From Felis catus (lineage: Eukaryota), in the NCBI RefSeq assembly GCF_018350175.1, contig NC_058368.1, positions 4,960,001 through 5,024,000 of the forward strand: a DNA stretch of 64,000 bases, in the 5' to 3' direction. Below are positions 22,241 through 35,293 of the stretch, in pieces (the first letter of the stretch is position 1; the number at the start of each line of letters is the position of its first letter). The notes below the pieces were generated by a model. It saw only the letters and a list, made by a program, of their open reading frames with translations. It was not told the DNA's origin and ran no database searches. A program made the position numbers and the translations under genes.

Positions 22241-24987
22241 CCCACCACTTATTTCTTCTAGAAAATAAGTTCACCTGTACTTCCCAATGACGCCTCTTCT
22301 GGAAACTGCCTTTCGAGTGTTCTCTGAGACTTAGGTTTTTCAGGTGAGCCGTTGGTTCTTGAACTGCCCCTTATCATCCTAGCCTTCTCCCGCCATGTAC
22401 CCCACAATGTAATGGCACATCCCAGGGTATGCCCAGGCGGGTGCAGAGCAGAATGACCATGGCCTCGTGTCTGCCAGACGTGGATGTTGAATCAAGTGGG
22501 AATTTTTGACTGCCACACGGCATCGCGTACAAATTCTGGCCCCTGAAATTTGTAGCCCCTCACTCCATACCTATGCAGTTCTTTCGAGGGACCCAAGCTA
22601 AGTTCCATTTTGCAGAATCTGGCCTCGCACTCTGATTCGTCGGGCCTTTCTAGATCCCGATTTGGGGTTCCGCTGTCTTCACGCTCCTTCCCAAACCTAC
22701 GTTTGGCTCATGACTTACCTCTTCCTTCCACACCGGCTTCAAGCCACTGACAAGACTCCGGGCCCATTCAGGCACAAGAAGAGAGTGCTGAGGAACACCT
22801 CTTAAAAGACAACCCCTCTGCGCATTGACATCTAGCCATCGATCTGCAGCTCTGCAAGCCGGTGGGCGGATTTATTCAGGCAGCTGTGGATTCACCACCT
22901 CGTCCTGCTTGTCACCCGACCCACCTTTTTACACTTTGTCTCGGGAGGGTCGGAAGAACCACTGCCAGCACTTGAACCAGGTCCTGGAGACTCCCTCCTC
23001 TTTGCATTTCTCTGGTGTGCCACAACCGTAACACTGGCAGCCAGAGAAACTAGGTCAGCCCGAGTTTTCTCACCGAGCCCCTGCTGACTCCTGGCGATCA
23101 CAGCCTCCCCTTCGCAAATCATCCTGTTTACGCTCCATGCTGGACTCTCTCCCACCTCCTCTGCCTCCTGCCTGTTTCTGAACAGCAGCGCACTGTTCAC
23201 CCATTTGCAGCCTTCCCTGTCCTCTCCAGAATTCCCCAGGGAGCATCTCAGTGGTGCAGTCACCAAACTAAATCGCAGCTCCCCCTAGAACCTGATCCTC
23301 TTAGGAATCTGGGTCAGGAGACGTAAAGCTGCCCACTGTTTTCAAGAAATGTGGGCTTCTCTGCTCCCCGGCAATGTTGATGGCACAGCACAGCAAGTGC
23401 AAGAAAGGCAGAGGGGACCTTCAGACTGCTTACGGTATAGTTCAAGGGGAGGCATGTCTGCTAATAACAATCATATAAAATTAACTACAGTCACTGCGTT
23501 TAGGGGGTGGAAGTGAGCCATTACAAGGTGCATAAGACACACGATTTCTACGTGGGCAGAAAAAAAAGGTTCCGGGAGGCAGTGGCGTGTGGAATAATTC
23601 CTAAATAGCAGGTAAGTTCTGGCGAGAGCACAGAGACGGGCCTCTCGCACGGCTGCCTGTTTGCAGACATTCTTGAAAGCAACCAGGTGGCGATGTAACA
23701 GATTCCTTTAAAATGCTCGCACCATTCGAGCTGTAGTGCTTTCAGTGTCCGAGGAATTAATCCAAACACGACGTTATTCAAAGTGTCATTTAAATGATGG
23801 TGTCCTGTAACGGAACACCGGGCCACCATCAAAAGACTGTTTGTGAACGTGAACCCGATATCAGCTCCGGGCCCTAGGAGGCCCTCCCCTTGTCTCTCAG
23901 ATAGCTGATTAACACACCTCGATTCTCCTCTCCACCCTTTGTGACAGCGCGATTCTTTCCCACTAATTGTGCAGACTGCCAAGAGCTTCCTTCCTTCCGA
24001 GCGCTTCTTTCCTGTCCAGGGCCGCCCCATTCAGCTTCCACTCCCCACAGGCATGATGTGATTTGGGTGATGTCCCCTCGTTGAGAAGACCCGTCAAGGG
24101 GGCTCGGACTATGCAGCCCGGCTCCCTCTCGCCCTCACGCACTCCCTCCCTCAACTCCCTGCACCAATTGACAAAGTATGCCCCCTGCTCCCCCCCAGAG
24201 CTTTTTTCTCAATAATGGCCAATGTTTCCCCAAAAGGAATTCTTCTATCAGTTGCCAAGAATATGCATTTCCCTCTCACATAATTGTACGAAGAATTTTT
24301 TATGACGTGAGAAAATGCTTAAGATAACATGAGCTCAGCAGGAAAAAAGCAAGACGCAATCGTAAAATTAGACCCAGTATAATCTCGACTGGGTAACACA
24401 ATGGGCCTCAAAGAGCAAATTTAGCCCAACAGTAGCCGTGGCCGTCTCTGGCGATGGTGGGCTGAGATTTTTGTTCTCCTAAATACACGCTGCTGCATTT
24501 GCCAAGTGTTGAAAGATAATGAAGATACTTGGGGCCCAAGTGCTGGGGAAAGTAATGTCACCTTTTGGAAAAACTGAAGTCGAGAAGTGAGGAAAAGCCA
24601 GCGCGGGGCAGGGAGGGCGGGCTACCAACCCTCGCGCTCCTGAATGATGCCCAGCCCTCCTTGCCTGTGCTGCTGACCGCCAGCCTCAGAGCGAAAGCTT
24701 GACTAGTTATCTGACTTCCCGTCGTGTTGCCAGACCGGCTCCGTGACACTTGGAGCCTCTGCACGATTTCTGGGAGGCGGGGGCAGCGGCGGGGTCGGAC
24801 TGAGGGGCGCACCTGCTGGTCTGTCTGGGCGCGCGCGGCCCGGTCCCTCCCCGCGGGCTGGCGAGGCCGGTGCGGTGCGCGGTGTAGCCACGGAGGCAGT
24901 GAGGGGCAGCAACGTGTGCTAACGGACCGAGGTCTCAGCCCTTGCGGTCAGCGACGGTCCCTCCTAAGTTAAACATTAAACATTGCA

Positions 24988-25222
24988 GGGGGACCTGGGG
25001 GGCTCAGTCAGTTAAGCATCCGACTTCAGCTCAGGTCATGATCTCACGGCTTGTGAGTTCGAGCCCCGTGTGGGGCCCCGTGCTGCCAGCCCGGAGCCTG
25101 GAGCCTGCTTCCGATTCTGTGTCTCCCTCGCTCTCTGCCCCTCCCCCGCTCATGTGCACTCGCTCTCTCTCTCTCTCTCTCTCTCCTTCAAAATAAATAA
25201 ACATTAAAATAAATTAAAACAA
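24988..25222 (+). mobile_element. Can-SINE
   Basis: Full SINE; TSD AAACATTAA(A/C)CATTGCA. Confidence 0.95.
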
Positions 25223-25638
25223 AAACATTAACCATTGCAAAGCTGGATGTGACATCTATGATGACCACTCCTACGTTTAATCACTACTATTTAGTCAGTA
25301 ATTTACTGGGCCCAGGAAAGGAAAATAAGACAAAAGGCCTGTCCTCGAGCTGCTTGTAAAATCTAGAACGGGAGATTCTGCACATGACCAGATGGGACAA
25401 GAGCCTTGAACAGTACAGCACACAGGAATTCAGATCCTCTGACGGGGGGAAACGACCACTGCCTGGGGCAATCCAGGAGTGCGTCCACGCAGCAGGCCCA
25501 GAGGTGTTCAACCATGAAGGATGACGGTCCTGGTGAGCACGCACGGGAGGAAGGCTTTCTAGGCAAAGTGCTAGTGAAAGGGACAGGAATACCATGGGGA
25601 CAGGAAAGAATCAAGCATATCCAAGAGTCATGAGTGGT

Positions 25639-25803
25639 GGGGCACCTGGGTGGCTCAGTGGGTTAAGCACCCGACTCTTGGTTTCAGCTGGGGTCATGAT
25701 CTTGTGGTTCATGAGTTCGAACCCCATGTCCTGCTCTGGTGCTGATGCTACGGAGCCTGCTTGGGATTCTCTCTCTTTCTCCCTCTCTCTCTGCTTCTCC
25801 CTT

Positions 25804-25838
<35 letters not shown>

Positions 25839-25854
25839 ATGGATTAAAAAAAAA
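25639..25854 (+). mobile_element. Can-SINE
   Basis: Full SINE; degenerate TSD AAGAGTCATGAGTGGT/AAAAGTCACAAGTGGT. Confidence 0.93.
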
Positions 25855-26489
25855 GTCACAAGTGGTGGTTGAGCTGGAGGGTAAGATCCACACAAAGGAG
25901 TCATTACTGGAAGAAAAAACTGGAAGGTAGATGAAGATCAGTTGAAGGAAGCTATAGATGCAAGTGAAAGAATTTACTCAATGGGCTGAGGGTTTTCGAG
26001 CAGGAGAGTATAGGAGCTTAAGAAAGTTTGCTGTCTGCTGCAGGTAGTTGAAGGAGGCAAAGCCGGGACTTAGGGATCAGTCCCGGGACTGGCTCTAGAT
26101 GGTTAAGGAAAGTAGGTTCGAGAAACCTTCTGGGTGTGGAGCCATGATTGTTATTATCTGGTTGAATGTGATGAACAGAGGAAAAGAACAGAAGGTAAAG
26201 CGTGCTGAGTTTTCACGACCAGGAGGGTCGGAAGCTGCCATTTGTTTCCGTCTCACTGAATTTCTGGTGCACCCGGCACCCGAGGGTGGCGGTGCCTCCC
26301 AGGTGCAGCTAAGGCTCAGGGACGACAGGCCTGGAATCCCTCCCTGAGCCTTCTTCTTGGAGATAAGAGTCAAAGTAAGGGGGCGCATGAAATTGCCGAG
26401 AAAGGATACTACAGAAGCAGAGAGGAGGGAAGGAAAAAGCCCATAGTTAAGGAGTTACAAGAAGAGGGGTTATCAAGATAGTTGGCCGG

Positions 26490-26900
26490 TATCTTTGCTC
26501 AACTGACCTCTGACTTGCTTGGAACTTTATGCCACCTTGACACACAGCTATCTTGACAATGTTCCGAATGACCTTCTGGCTTGCTTGTCTGGGTATTCTT
26601 CTCTACTTCATTGGACGCTCTGGTGCCCAAGGAATATGATTTGCTGTGGCTGAGAAAGATCCTTGACAAAATTTCTGCTGTAGCATTTGGTCCATGAGCT
26701 TGTCAGTCCTCAAGTTTGTTTAAGTCAGTTGATAGCTCGGCATTTTTAGGCTTCCAGAACTCTGTGAATAGTATTTAGGTCTTCCAGACTATCTCCAAGT
26801 CATTCAAAGATATTCAAACCCTAGACTGGTATACCTTTTAGTATTCTTTGGTTTGTGATGGTGCTTTTCCTTTCGTGAATACTAACTTCTAGGGATTGTA
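26490..26900 (-). mobile_element. Possible ancient RTE-clade LINE fragment (L4/MamRTE-like)
   Basis: Minus-strand translation pieces SYSLGTRASNEVEK, KQARRSFGTLSR and GGIKFQ echo the RTE post-RT motif order (YLGS..EV..RI.KA..AFG.L...GI.L.TK). Confidence 0.35.
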
Positions 26901-27022
26901 TCATGCTGTATTTATGTATATTGAGATAAATAAAAAGGTGCCCACCTGGCAAACAATCCAATCATGTACGCACTGTGTACAAAACCCACTTACTACAGGC
27001 CTCAGCCGTCGCTTCCTGAGTT

Positions 27023-27526
27023 CAGATCTTTCTTCGCTTGTGATGGGGTTACCTCCCAATAAACCCATCATAGATTGAAAATATCACAAGTTGGAAATGC
27101 ATTTAAGGCACCTAACCCACCGAGTGTCAGAGATTAGCCTAGCCTACCGTAAAGGTGCTCAGGACACTGACATTAGCCTCCAGTGGGGCAAGGTCATCTA
27201 ACACGAAGCCTGTTGCATAATAAAGTGTTGAATACCTCGTGTAATGTGTTGAATACTGTACCAAAAGTGACAAATAGCACGGTCGTGTGGGTTCAGAACG
27301 GTTGTCCGTGTATTGGTGGCTTACTCGCGTGCTGGCTGCCAGTCCTGGCGAGGGGCCGCGACTGCTGTCCGGCATCAGGAGAGAGGATCTTTACTGCATA
27401 TCCGTCGCCCAGGAAAGGACTGAAGTTCAAAATTCAAAGTTCGGTTTCCACCAAATGCGTATGGCTCTCACGCCACCGTAAAGTCAAAAATCGTTAACCC
27501 GAACCATCGTAAGCGGGGAGCATCTG
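27023..27526 (+). mobile_element. TcMar-Tigger non-autonomous element (Tigger5/MER47-like)
   Basis: Termini CAGAT...ATGGGGTTAC and CCATCGTAAGCGGGGAGCATCTG form degraded TIRs; internal TTAGCCTAGCCTACC. Confidence 0.8.
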
Positions 27527-27601
27527 GGGAGGGTGCGTTAGACCCCGAGAGGAGAAACCCCATCCTAGATGACGAGTCTGTGAACGGTTCAGACTGCAAG
27601 G

Positions 27602-27750
27602 CAGGGCCAGCTTCTGGGCGTGTCCCGCCGCACAGGGCCCGTGCTGGGCTAATGCCCTGCTGCTGCGTCTTGAAATCGTTAACACTTTTTGAACAGGGAG
27701 CCCTGCGTTTTCATCGTGCACCGGGTCCCGCAGATTATGCAGCCGCAGAG
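27602..27750 (+). mobile_element. hAT-Tip100 MITE (MER45A-like)
   Basis: CAGGGCCAGCTTC...GTCTTGAAAT...TTTTTGAACAGGGAGCCCTGCGTTTTCAT...CCCGCAGATTATGCAGCCG. Confidence 0.8.
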
Positions 27751-28849
27751 CTAAACACATGTGTCAGTAATAATGGAAAAGGTCAGAGGGGTCTCTGCTG
27801 GAAGCAACGTTTGAAATGGCTCTTTAGGTCAAAGCAATGCTGGCTGCAAGGACGTGGCCCCGTGGGCTTCCCGCAGTCATTCACTGAGGTCAGCTTGGGG
27901 AGGGCCAGGGGCTCGCCAGACCTCGCTGGGGCCTCTACCTTTGAGCCCGGCGCCTGGCAACAGCTGCTCGCCCCGAGTGGGTGAAGAATTTAGCTGCAAA
28001 AATCTAATTTGGGACTCCCTAATTAAGCTAATGAAGTCAGATCATTTTAATCTCTTCTTGGTCTAGCCCTATGTCTAATCCCCGAGTAAATAGATAATTG
28101 TGACTCTGTGACATATGTGCCCTATTTTGCGATCGATGAGCCGAGCGACATCTTTCTGTGACTTTTTTTCTTCAAGATTTTAGGCAAGGAACTGGTTTTC
28201 CTCTGCCAGATTGGGGCAAAACTAGCCAGACTGATGCCTTTAAAATGAGTCAATCGTACAACTTTTACTATGAATAAGCTGTGCCCAAATTGCCCCTTCG
28301 TCCCGAAAGATCCTAGATGATCCTCAAATTTCTCTTGTGTAATTAATAATAAATAATTACCATGTACAGATGTCTCCTGAGATGGGCTGAGGTTGATAAA
28401 ATGGAGACCAAGCCGGCTCTCTCCTTTGGCCTCATAGTCGATAAACTAGGAAAATTCGCTAGTTCACCTTCAAAACAGTATCACATTGTCTTCCTGGGAC
28501 ACATACATCCTCGTAACATTGGGAAAGCCTCTAAAACCCAGAGACTGAAGGCACCGTTCTGTGTAGTCCCTCCGTCTTCCTGCCAATCCAGACTGTTGTT
28601 ACTGAACTATTTCCCCTGTCTTTTCAAATAACTGAGAGACAGTCATTCTTCCCCTTTGGAGTTTATTGATTCATTCACCGAGTCTCTTCCATATTAATAT
28701 TAATATCAGACGATTTTCAAGTATCACCCATTCCTCCCTTCAGAGGGTTTTGTGTTTCACCCATGCAATTTGATTTCTAAGCATTATTAGAAAATACAGG
28801 CACCATTTACAAACAGTCCAATTGGTTAGCAATACCACCACTAACGATA

Positions 28850-29030
28850 AGGGGTAATGTTCACTGGGAGCTTGCTCAGCACATCAGGCCCTATGCTGAG
28901 CGCTTTGTTTAGATTATCACTTAATTTCTCGCCATCACAAGAGGTAGCGACTCCCGCCGTTGGAAGTGAGGAAAGCGAGCACAGACTGGTCTGTCCTCAC
29001 CCAAGGTGCCCAGCCGGCCCGTCGGGGGGC
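28850..29030 (-). mobile_element. MIR SINE (degraded)
   Basis: CAGGCCCTATGCTGAGCGCTTTG..ATTATCACTTAAT..GAGGTAG..TGAGGAAAGCGAG. Confidence 0.6.
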
Positions 29031-31547
29031 ATCTGAATCAGGCGGTTCCAGGGCTCCAGGAGCCCCTCAGGTTCTCTTGCGAAGGAAAGATCTCTGTCCT
29101 GTGGCCTCCGACTTCCCTCCAGCTCAGCTAAGTGTACAGGCAGGGTTGCCACTGGAAAACACTGCTGAGACAGTGTGACGGTCAGCACACGGCATCTCAA
29201 ATCGTGGTGGAGCCCTGATTTGCCGTATGCAAGGCCGGAGGCGCCATTCACGGGATACAAAGGTCAGGAGAACACAGACCCGCCTCAGAGAACGTACGGA
29301 AGTCTTCCAAATCTCCTCGCAGAGACAGCAACCAGCCATCCCGGGTTGCCTGAGGCTGAAAAATGTGTGACTTTCCACTTTAAAAGGAAGATCTTAGCCA
29401 CACCAGGATGAGTTGGTCACCCCACTAGTGGGAAAGTGGTATCCTGTGTATTTTGAGAAGGAAAATCCATGCAGCCCCATTTGTGGACCCTATCTAGACA
29501 ATCTTGTGGTTTCTGTTTGCCTTTCTGTGTGCACCGTAGGGCCGCAGAGGCTGAATGAGCCCCGTAGGCAAGCAGTGTGCTCAAGACCCACACCTTGAAT
29601 ACTGTGAGTCCCTGAGGACCCCAGAGTGAATATAGCTGGGCTCAAGGAAAGACAAGCTCAGAGGAAGACCTTCCAGAAGCCCCGTGGGTGGGAGTAAGGA
29701 GAGAACGTGGATCAGAGCTGCCTGCCTGAATGGGAGTGCTCTGAGAGGAGAATTGCCCCGGGAGCACCATTTGCCCCTTCTTTCTGGACTCACCTCTACC
29801 AGCCTATAATTCTCCCCGGTGACCCTCGACTCTTTCAACAGCAGGCAGGAGGGACCAGAGCCACTCCAGTAACCCGCCCCCCCCATTCTCCTACTGGTGA
29901 CCCCAGCAGCATTGTTGTTAGAGTCTTGGCCTGTCCCCCCACACTCGGCTGTCTCACGTTGGGGCATCTGGACAAAGTCCAATAGGGCGACATACTGGAT
30001 ACTGGAGGGAGTGCATTTTCTCTCAAGACTGAGGCTGCCATCTCTCTCCAGAGAAGCCTTTGAACACTTAGGTGGGAACCAATATGGTGGAGGGTTTTCG
30101 TGAAGGCTTGCAAAGCCTGAGCAACTTTTCTAGTTTCTGAACAGAGAAACACAAAACGGCTCTTTTCTTTTCTTTCCTTTTTGCTCTTTGTTGCTGAATA
30201 GCTCCTTGTTCACAATCCTTTGGGCATGCGTTCAGTTCCTATGACAATGTCTATGGCGGAGCCAAACTGTGAAATCAGACCCATTGTCAACCACAGATGT
30301 GCTGCCAGAGCCTGGGTGGGGTCGCCCGCTGAACCAAAATGGCATCAGCTGAGCGCGCAACAGTGGTGAGCTCTGTGCTATTTACCACGGCATCACAACG
30401 GTCCAGATGGGGCGCTTTTCACCCAAGGTTTGAAAATCCTCAGTAGAGAAGATTCTAGGCAGAGAAGAGGAGAACGCAACTGAATTTGCGTCGCTGAACT
30501 TAGTCTGATTTCGGAGAGAGATGGTACTTCACTGCCATCGGGTCATTTGCTGAGCCAAGAACAAGAACTTACGGCGGGACAGGTGACACATGGCGGGGTC
30601 CTCTGGGAGACAACAGATGCACGAGTCGGATTAACGCTTAAGCTGATTTAAGATTCATATGAGCTCGGTTGAAGTGTGTCACTAGACTAATGTGTTTTTA
30701 CTTCTATTTTAATTCTGAGGTTGAAATGGGAGCAGTTGAAAACAAGCATGAAATTAATTTCCCTATAATCTCTCAGTAGGAATATGACATCAATATCATT
30801 GCTTGCATCGAAGGGGCATTTGGCTCAATAAAAATGGAGTGTCAGGCACTACATTAATCCTGTAGAAGGGTGAATCTCCAAGTAAAATAATTGTCCCACT
30901 TAATTTTTATTCCCTAGTCATCTGTGGCCACGGCTGGGCTGCAAATTTCATGAGAGGAGGGGCCAAGTCCGTCTGTATCTCTTACGCTTCACACAGTGCC
31001 CTGAACGTATGTCGTAGGCACTCAATAAATATTTATCAAATGAATGAACGTACTGTAAATGACGCGGGATCTCCACCCTTAAATTGTGGTAAAGGAAACA
31101 AAGACAATGTGGTCATAAAGGCTTTGGAGGGTTTGGAGTGGGTGGGCTGGGAAGTCCCTTCCAACTGTGGGAGCATCTCTCCTGTAGAAAGAGGGGCTCT
31201 GGAGGCAGCTCTAGAAGATAAAGCAGGGCCAGGCTGGAGGGGGAAAGGGAACTCTTGGTGGGTCTTCCCCATGACTGACAATCTGAATCTGTCTTCTTCC
31301 AGGATGCTGGCCCAGCAGTGCCCAGCCTGCCCTCTGTCGGGCCCCCTGTCGTCCAGGTGCGGTGTGGCTCTGCCTCAGGGCGGGCATCTGGGGCAAGGAT
31401 GTAGGAAGGAGAATAGCCATCATGAGTCTGCCTGAAATGTGTCCTTTGCTGGGGACACATTTGCTGGTCCCAGCAGCAGAAGCCAGCACCCTTCCCACCA
31501 CCCATGGACAGGCAAACGCCTCCAAACTTGGAACTCAAATCCTAAAG

Positions 31548-31571
31548 TGTTTGAAGTTTATTTATTTATTT

Positions 31572-31639
<68 letters not shown>

Positions 31640-31788
31640 CAGAGGAGGGGCAGAGAGAGAGGGAGAGCGAGAGACAGAACCCCAAGCATGGAGCCCAATG
31701 TGGGGCTTGAACCCACAAAGTGTGAGATCATGACCTAAGCTGAAACCAAGAGTCAGGGATTTAACTGATTGAGCCGCCCAGGTGCCTC
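31548..31788 (-). mobile_element. Can-SINE with expanded (GT)n(GA)n tract
   Basis: Reverse SINE ending CCAGGTGCCTC. Confidence 0.92.
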
Positions 31789-32059
31789 GGAAACCAAATC
31801 TTTGTGCCACAGTTTGCTGCTATGGTACCCCAGGGAAATGCCAACCTGCTGTTCATTGGTTCTACACTTTCCTTCTGACCAATTACCATTTCCCAATATT
31901 CATCCTTCATCTCAAATTCTCTTCCTCTTCTCTTCCCACCTACAGTCCTCCCCTCTCTCCTCTGGCCTCCCTCTCTTCCTTTGTTTCCTTCTCTGCCTCT
32001 CCTTCCTCTTCATAGCACTGAAAATTCCTTCAGATTCTAGTTAACAAAAGAAAAAGACT

Positions 32060-32380
32060 GGGGTGCCTGGCTGGCTCAGTCAGTGGAGCGTGCGACTCTT
32101 GATCTCAGAGTGTGAGTTCAAGTCCCATTAGGTGTAGAGATTGCTTAAAAATAAAATCCTTAAAAAAAACAAAAGACCCCTAAGGCAATGTATACCAAAG
32201 CAAAAAAGAAAAAAAAAAAATCCAAAAGTGTAAAGTTAAACCCATAAAAGTGGGGCACCTGGCTGGCTCAGTTTGTAGAGCATTGACTCTTGGTCTTGGG
32301 GTCATGAGTTCAAGCCCCACGTTGGGTGCAGAGATTACTTAAATAAATAAGTAATTTTTTAACTAAAAAAAATTTTTTTA
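32060..32380 (+). mobile_element. Two short old Can-SINEs (32060-32172, 32252-32380)
   Basis: GGGGTGCCTGGCTGGCTCAGT...GACTCTTGATCTC..GAGTTCAAG..AGAGATT.CTTAAA short-form SINE. Confidence 0.88.
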
Positions 32381-32424
32381 AACCTTAAAAGTATTTAAAA
32401 AAATCATAAGTGACCTTAATTAAA

Positions 32425-34920
32425 AACGTACCAATACCCATTCATGATAAAAACTCTCAGAAAACTAGGAATAAAGGAGAACTTCCTCAACTTGATAAAG
32501 AACATCCACACAATATTTGCAGCTAATATCACACTTAACGGCGAGAAACTAGAAGCTTTCGTGCTAAGATTAGGAACAAAGCGAGTATGTCCCTTCTCAC
32601 TCCCTCTTTCCAACATTGCACTGGAAGTCCTACTTAATACAGTACGATGAGGTACAGAAATAAAAAATCTATCAACCAGGAAGAGAGAATAAAATTGCCT
32701 TTGTTCCTAGATGACATGGCCATCTGTGTAAAAAAATCTGAAGGAATCAAACAAAACCTCTTGGAACTAATAAGCAGTTATAGAAAGGCTGCAGCAAACA
32801 AGGTTAATACATAAAAGGTCAACACTTTTCTATATATCAGCAGCGGACAAGTGGGATTTTTAAATAAGGGTGCCTAGCTGGCTCAGTAGGTACAGCATTG
32901 TGACTCTTGATCTTGCGGTCATGAAGCATCTAGCCCCATATTGGGCCTAGAATTTACTTTAAAAAATGAAATAAAAAAAACCCAATGCCAGTTATGGTAG
33001 CACGCCCCCAAATGAGGTCAAAAACAATACCTAAAAATGAGGTATATACCTAACAAAATATGTAGAAGATCTCTACGAGGAAAGATACAAAACTCTGATG
33101 AAAGAATCAAAGAACTAAATTAATGGAGAGATAGCCCATGTGCATGGATAGGAGGATCCAATATTATCAAGATGTCATTTCTCTTCAACTTGATCTGTAG
33201 ATTCAATGCAATCCCAATAAGAATCCTAGCTAGTCATTTGAAGATATTGGCAAGCTGGTTCAAATGTTTATATGGAGACGCAGAAGACCCAGAAAAGTCA
33301 ACACAATATAAAGGAGAAGAACAAAGTCAGAGGGCTGACGATCCTTGACTTTGAGACTTAGGGTAAAGCTACAGTAATCAAGACAGTGTGGACCTGTTAA
33401 AAACAAAACAAAACAAAACAAAACAAAACAAAACAAAACAAAACAAAACAAAACAAATAGATCAATAGAACAGAATAGAGAGCCCAGAAATAGACCCACA
33501 TAGAGTCAGCTGATTTTTAACAAAGGAACAAAGGCAACACAATGAAGCAAAGATAGTTTTTTCAATAAATCGTACTGGAACTGGACATCCACAGGCAAAA
33601 ATATGAGCCCAGACACAAATCTTACACCCTTCACAAAAAGTAACCCAAAATGGACCATAGATCTACATGTAAAATGCAAAACTATTAAACTCTTAGAAAG
33701 TTTAACTAATGTTGGGTATGGCAATGATTTTTTAGATCCAACACCAAAGACACCATCCAGGAAAGAAGTGAATGATAAGCCGGACTGCACTAAAATTAAA
33801 AACTTCTGCTCTGCAAAAGGAAATGTCAAGAGAAAGAGAACGCAGGCTACAGGCTGGGAGAAAATACTTGCAAAAGACACAGCGGATAAAGAATTGTAAA
33901 AAACACACAAAGAATTTGTATAACTCGACAACAAGGAAAGGAACAACTCATTTTAAAAAAACAGGCAAAAGTGATAAGATACCTCACCAAAGAAGACGTG
34001 CAAATGGCAGATAAACACATGAAAAGATGCTTCACATCGTCTGTTGTGAGGGAACTGCAAATTAAACAAGAGTGAGATGTCCCTACACGACTACTAAAAA
34101 TGGCCCAAATCCAACATGGGCATCCCCCAATGCTGGTCACAACAGGAACGCTCGCTTACTGCCGATGGGAATGCAAAATGGCGCCGCCACTTGGGAAGAC
34201 AGCTGGGAAGGTTCTTACAAAACCCAACATACTCCTACCAAGTGACCCAGCGATCACTCTCCTTGCTATTTACCCAGATGAACTGAAAACTCACATCCAC
34301 CCAAAGACCTGCCCGAACGTGGAACTGCCCAAACTTGGAAGTAACTAAGACATCCTTCAGGGAGTGAATAAACAGTGGTACATCCGGACAGTGGGATATT
34401 ATCCAGCAATAAAAAGAAATGAGTCATCAAGCCGTGAAAAAACATGGAGGAAATGTAAATGCATATGACTAAGAGAAAGAAGGCAGTCAGAAAAGGGTAT
34501 ATACTGCCTTGATGTCAACTATCTGACATTCTGGAAAAGGTGAGAGTATGGAGACAGTAAACAGATCAAGTGGTTGTCAGGGGTCAGTAGGAAGGAAGAG
34601 ATGTATAGGGACAGCACAAAGGATTTTTAAGGCAGTGACACTACTCTGTATGATGCTCTAATGGTGGATACATGTCATTATACATTTGTCAAAACCGATA
34701 AGAAGGTGTAACACCAAGAGTGAACACTAACGTAAATGACAGTCTTCGGACGATAACTATGGGCCAATGCAAGCTCGTTAATAATAACAAATACACCATT
34801 CTGGTGCAAGATTTTGTTAGTGGGAGATGTTATTGGGCAGGTGGGGGCAGGAGGTATGTGGGAAATCTCTGTATTTTCACTTTTTTGCCTCAAACCTAAA
34901 AGTACTCTGAAAAAATAGCC
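32425..34920 (+). mobile_element. 5'-truncated old L1 (L1MC1-like): ORF2 3' half plus 3'UTR, with a short SINE at 32868-32980 and (AAAAC)n at ~33399-33457
   Basis: Translations MIKTLRKLGIKENFLNLIKNI..ANITLNGEKLEAF.LR.GT and LTPFTKSNPKW..DL.VK.KTIKLLE are L1 ORF2; the 3' end matches an L1MC1-type tail; many stops. Confidence 0.93.
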
Positions 34921-35077
34921 GATCAAAAATATATAATGAGGAAAGGAAGCTATTAAGATGTGACTAGGTGAAAATGAATAATTTCTGACAGTAAATATTA
35001 CCATACATAAATGAAATGAAGATTATCTCTTAAGATAAAACTGGAACACCTTCCACATTTAAAAATGAAAACATTTA

Positions 35078-35293
35078 GGGGCGCCTGGGTGGCTCGGTCG
35101 GTTAAGCGTCCGACTTCAGCTCAGGCCATGATCTCATGGTTCACGAGTTCGAGCCCTGCGTCGGGCTCTGTGCTGACAGCTCAGAGCCTGGAGCCTGCTT
35201 TGGAGTCTGTGTCTCCCTCTCTCTGACCCTCCCCCGTTCATGCTCTGTCGCTCTCTGTCTCAAAAATAAATAAACGTTAAAAAAATTAAAAAA
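35078..35293 (+). mobile_element. Can-SINE (SINEC_Fc), young
   Basis: Perfect 17-bp TSD AAAAATGAAAACATTTA at 35061-35077 and 35294-35310. Confidence 0.96.

Larger units (their letters stand above)
21240..22810 (-). mobile_element. Ancient CR1/L3 LINE fragments interrupted by a SINE and an MLT1 LTR
   Basis: CATAGAATCTTAAAGTTG..AGGGTCATC 3'-end pattern and downstream pieces resembling antisense L3; highly degraded. Confidence 0.45.
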
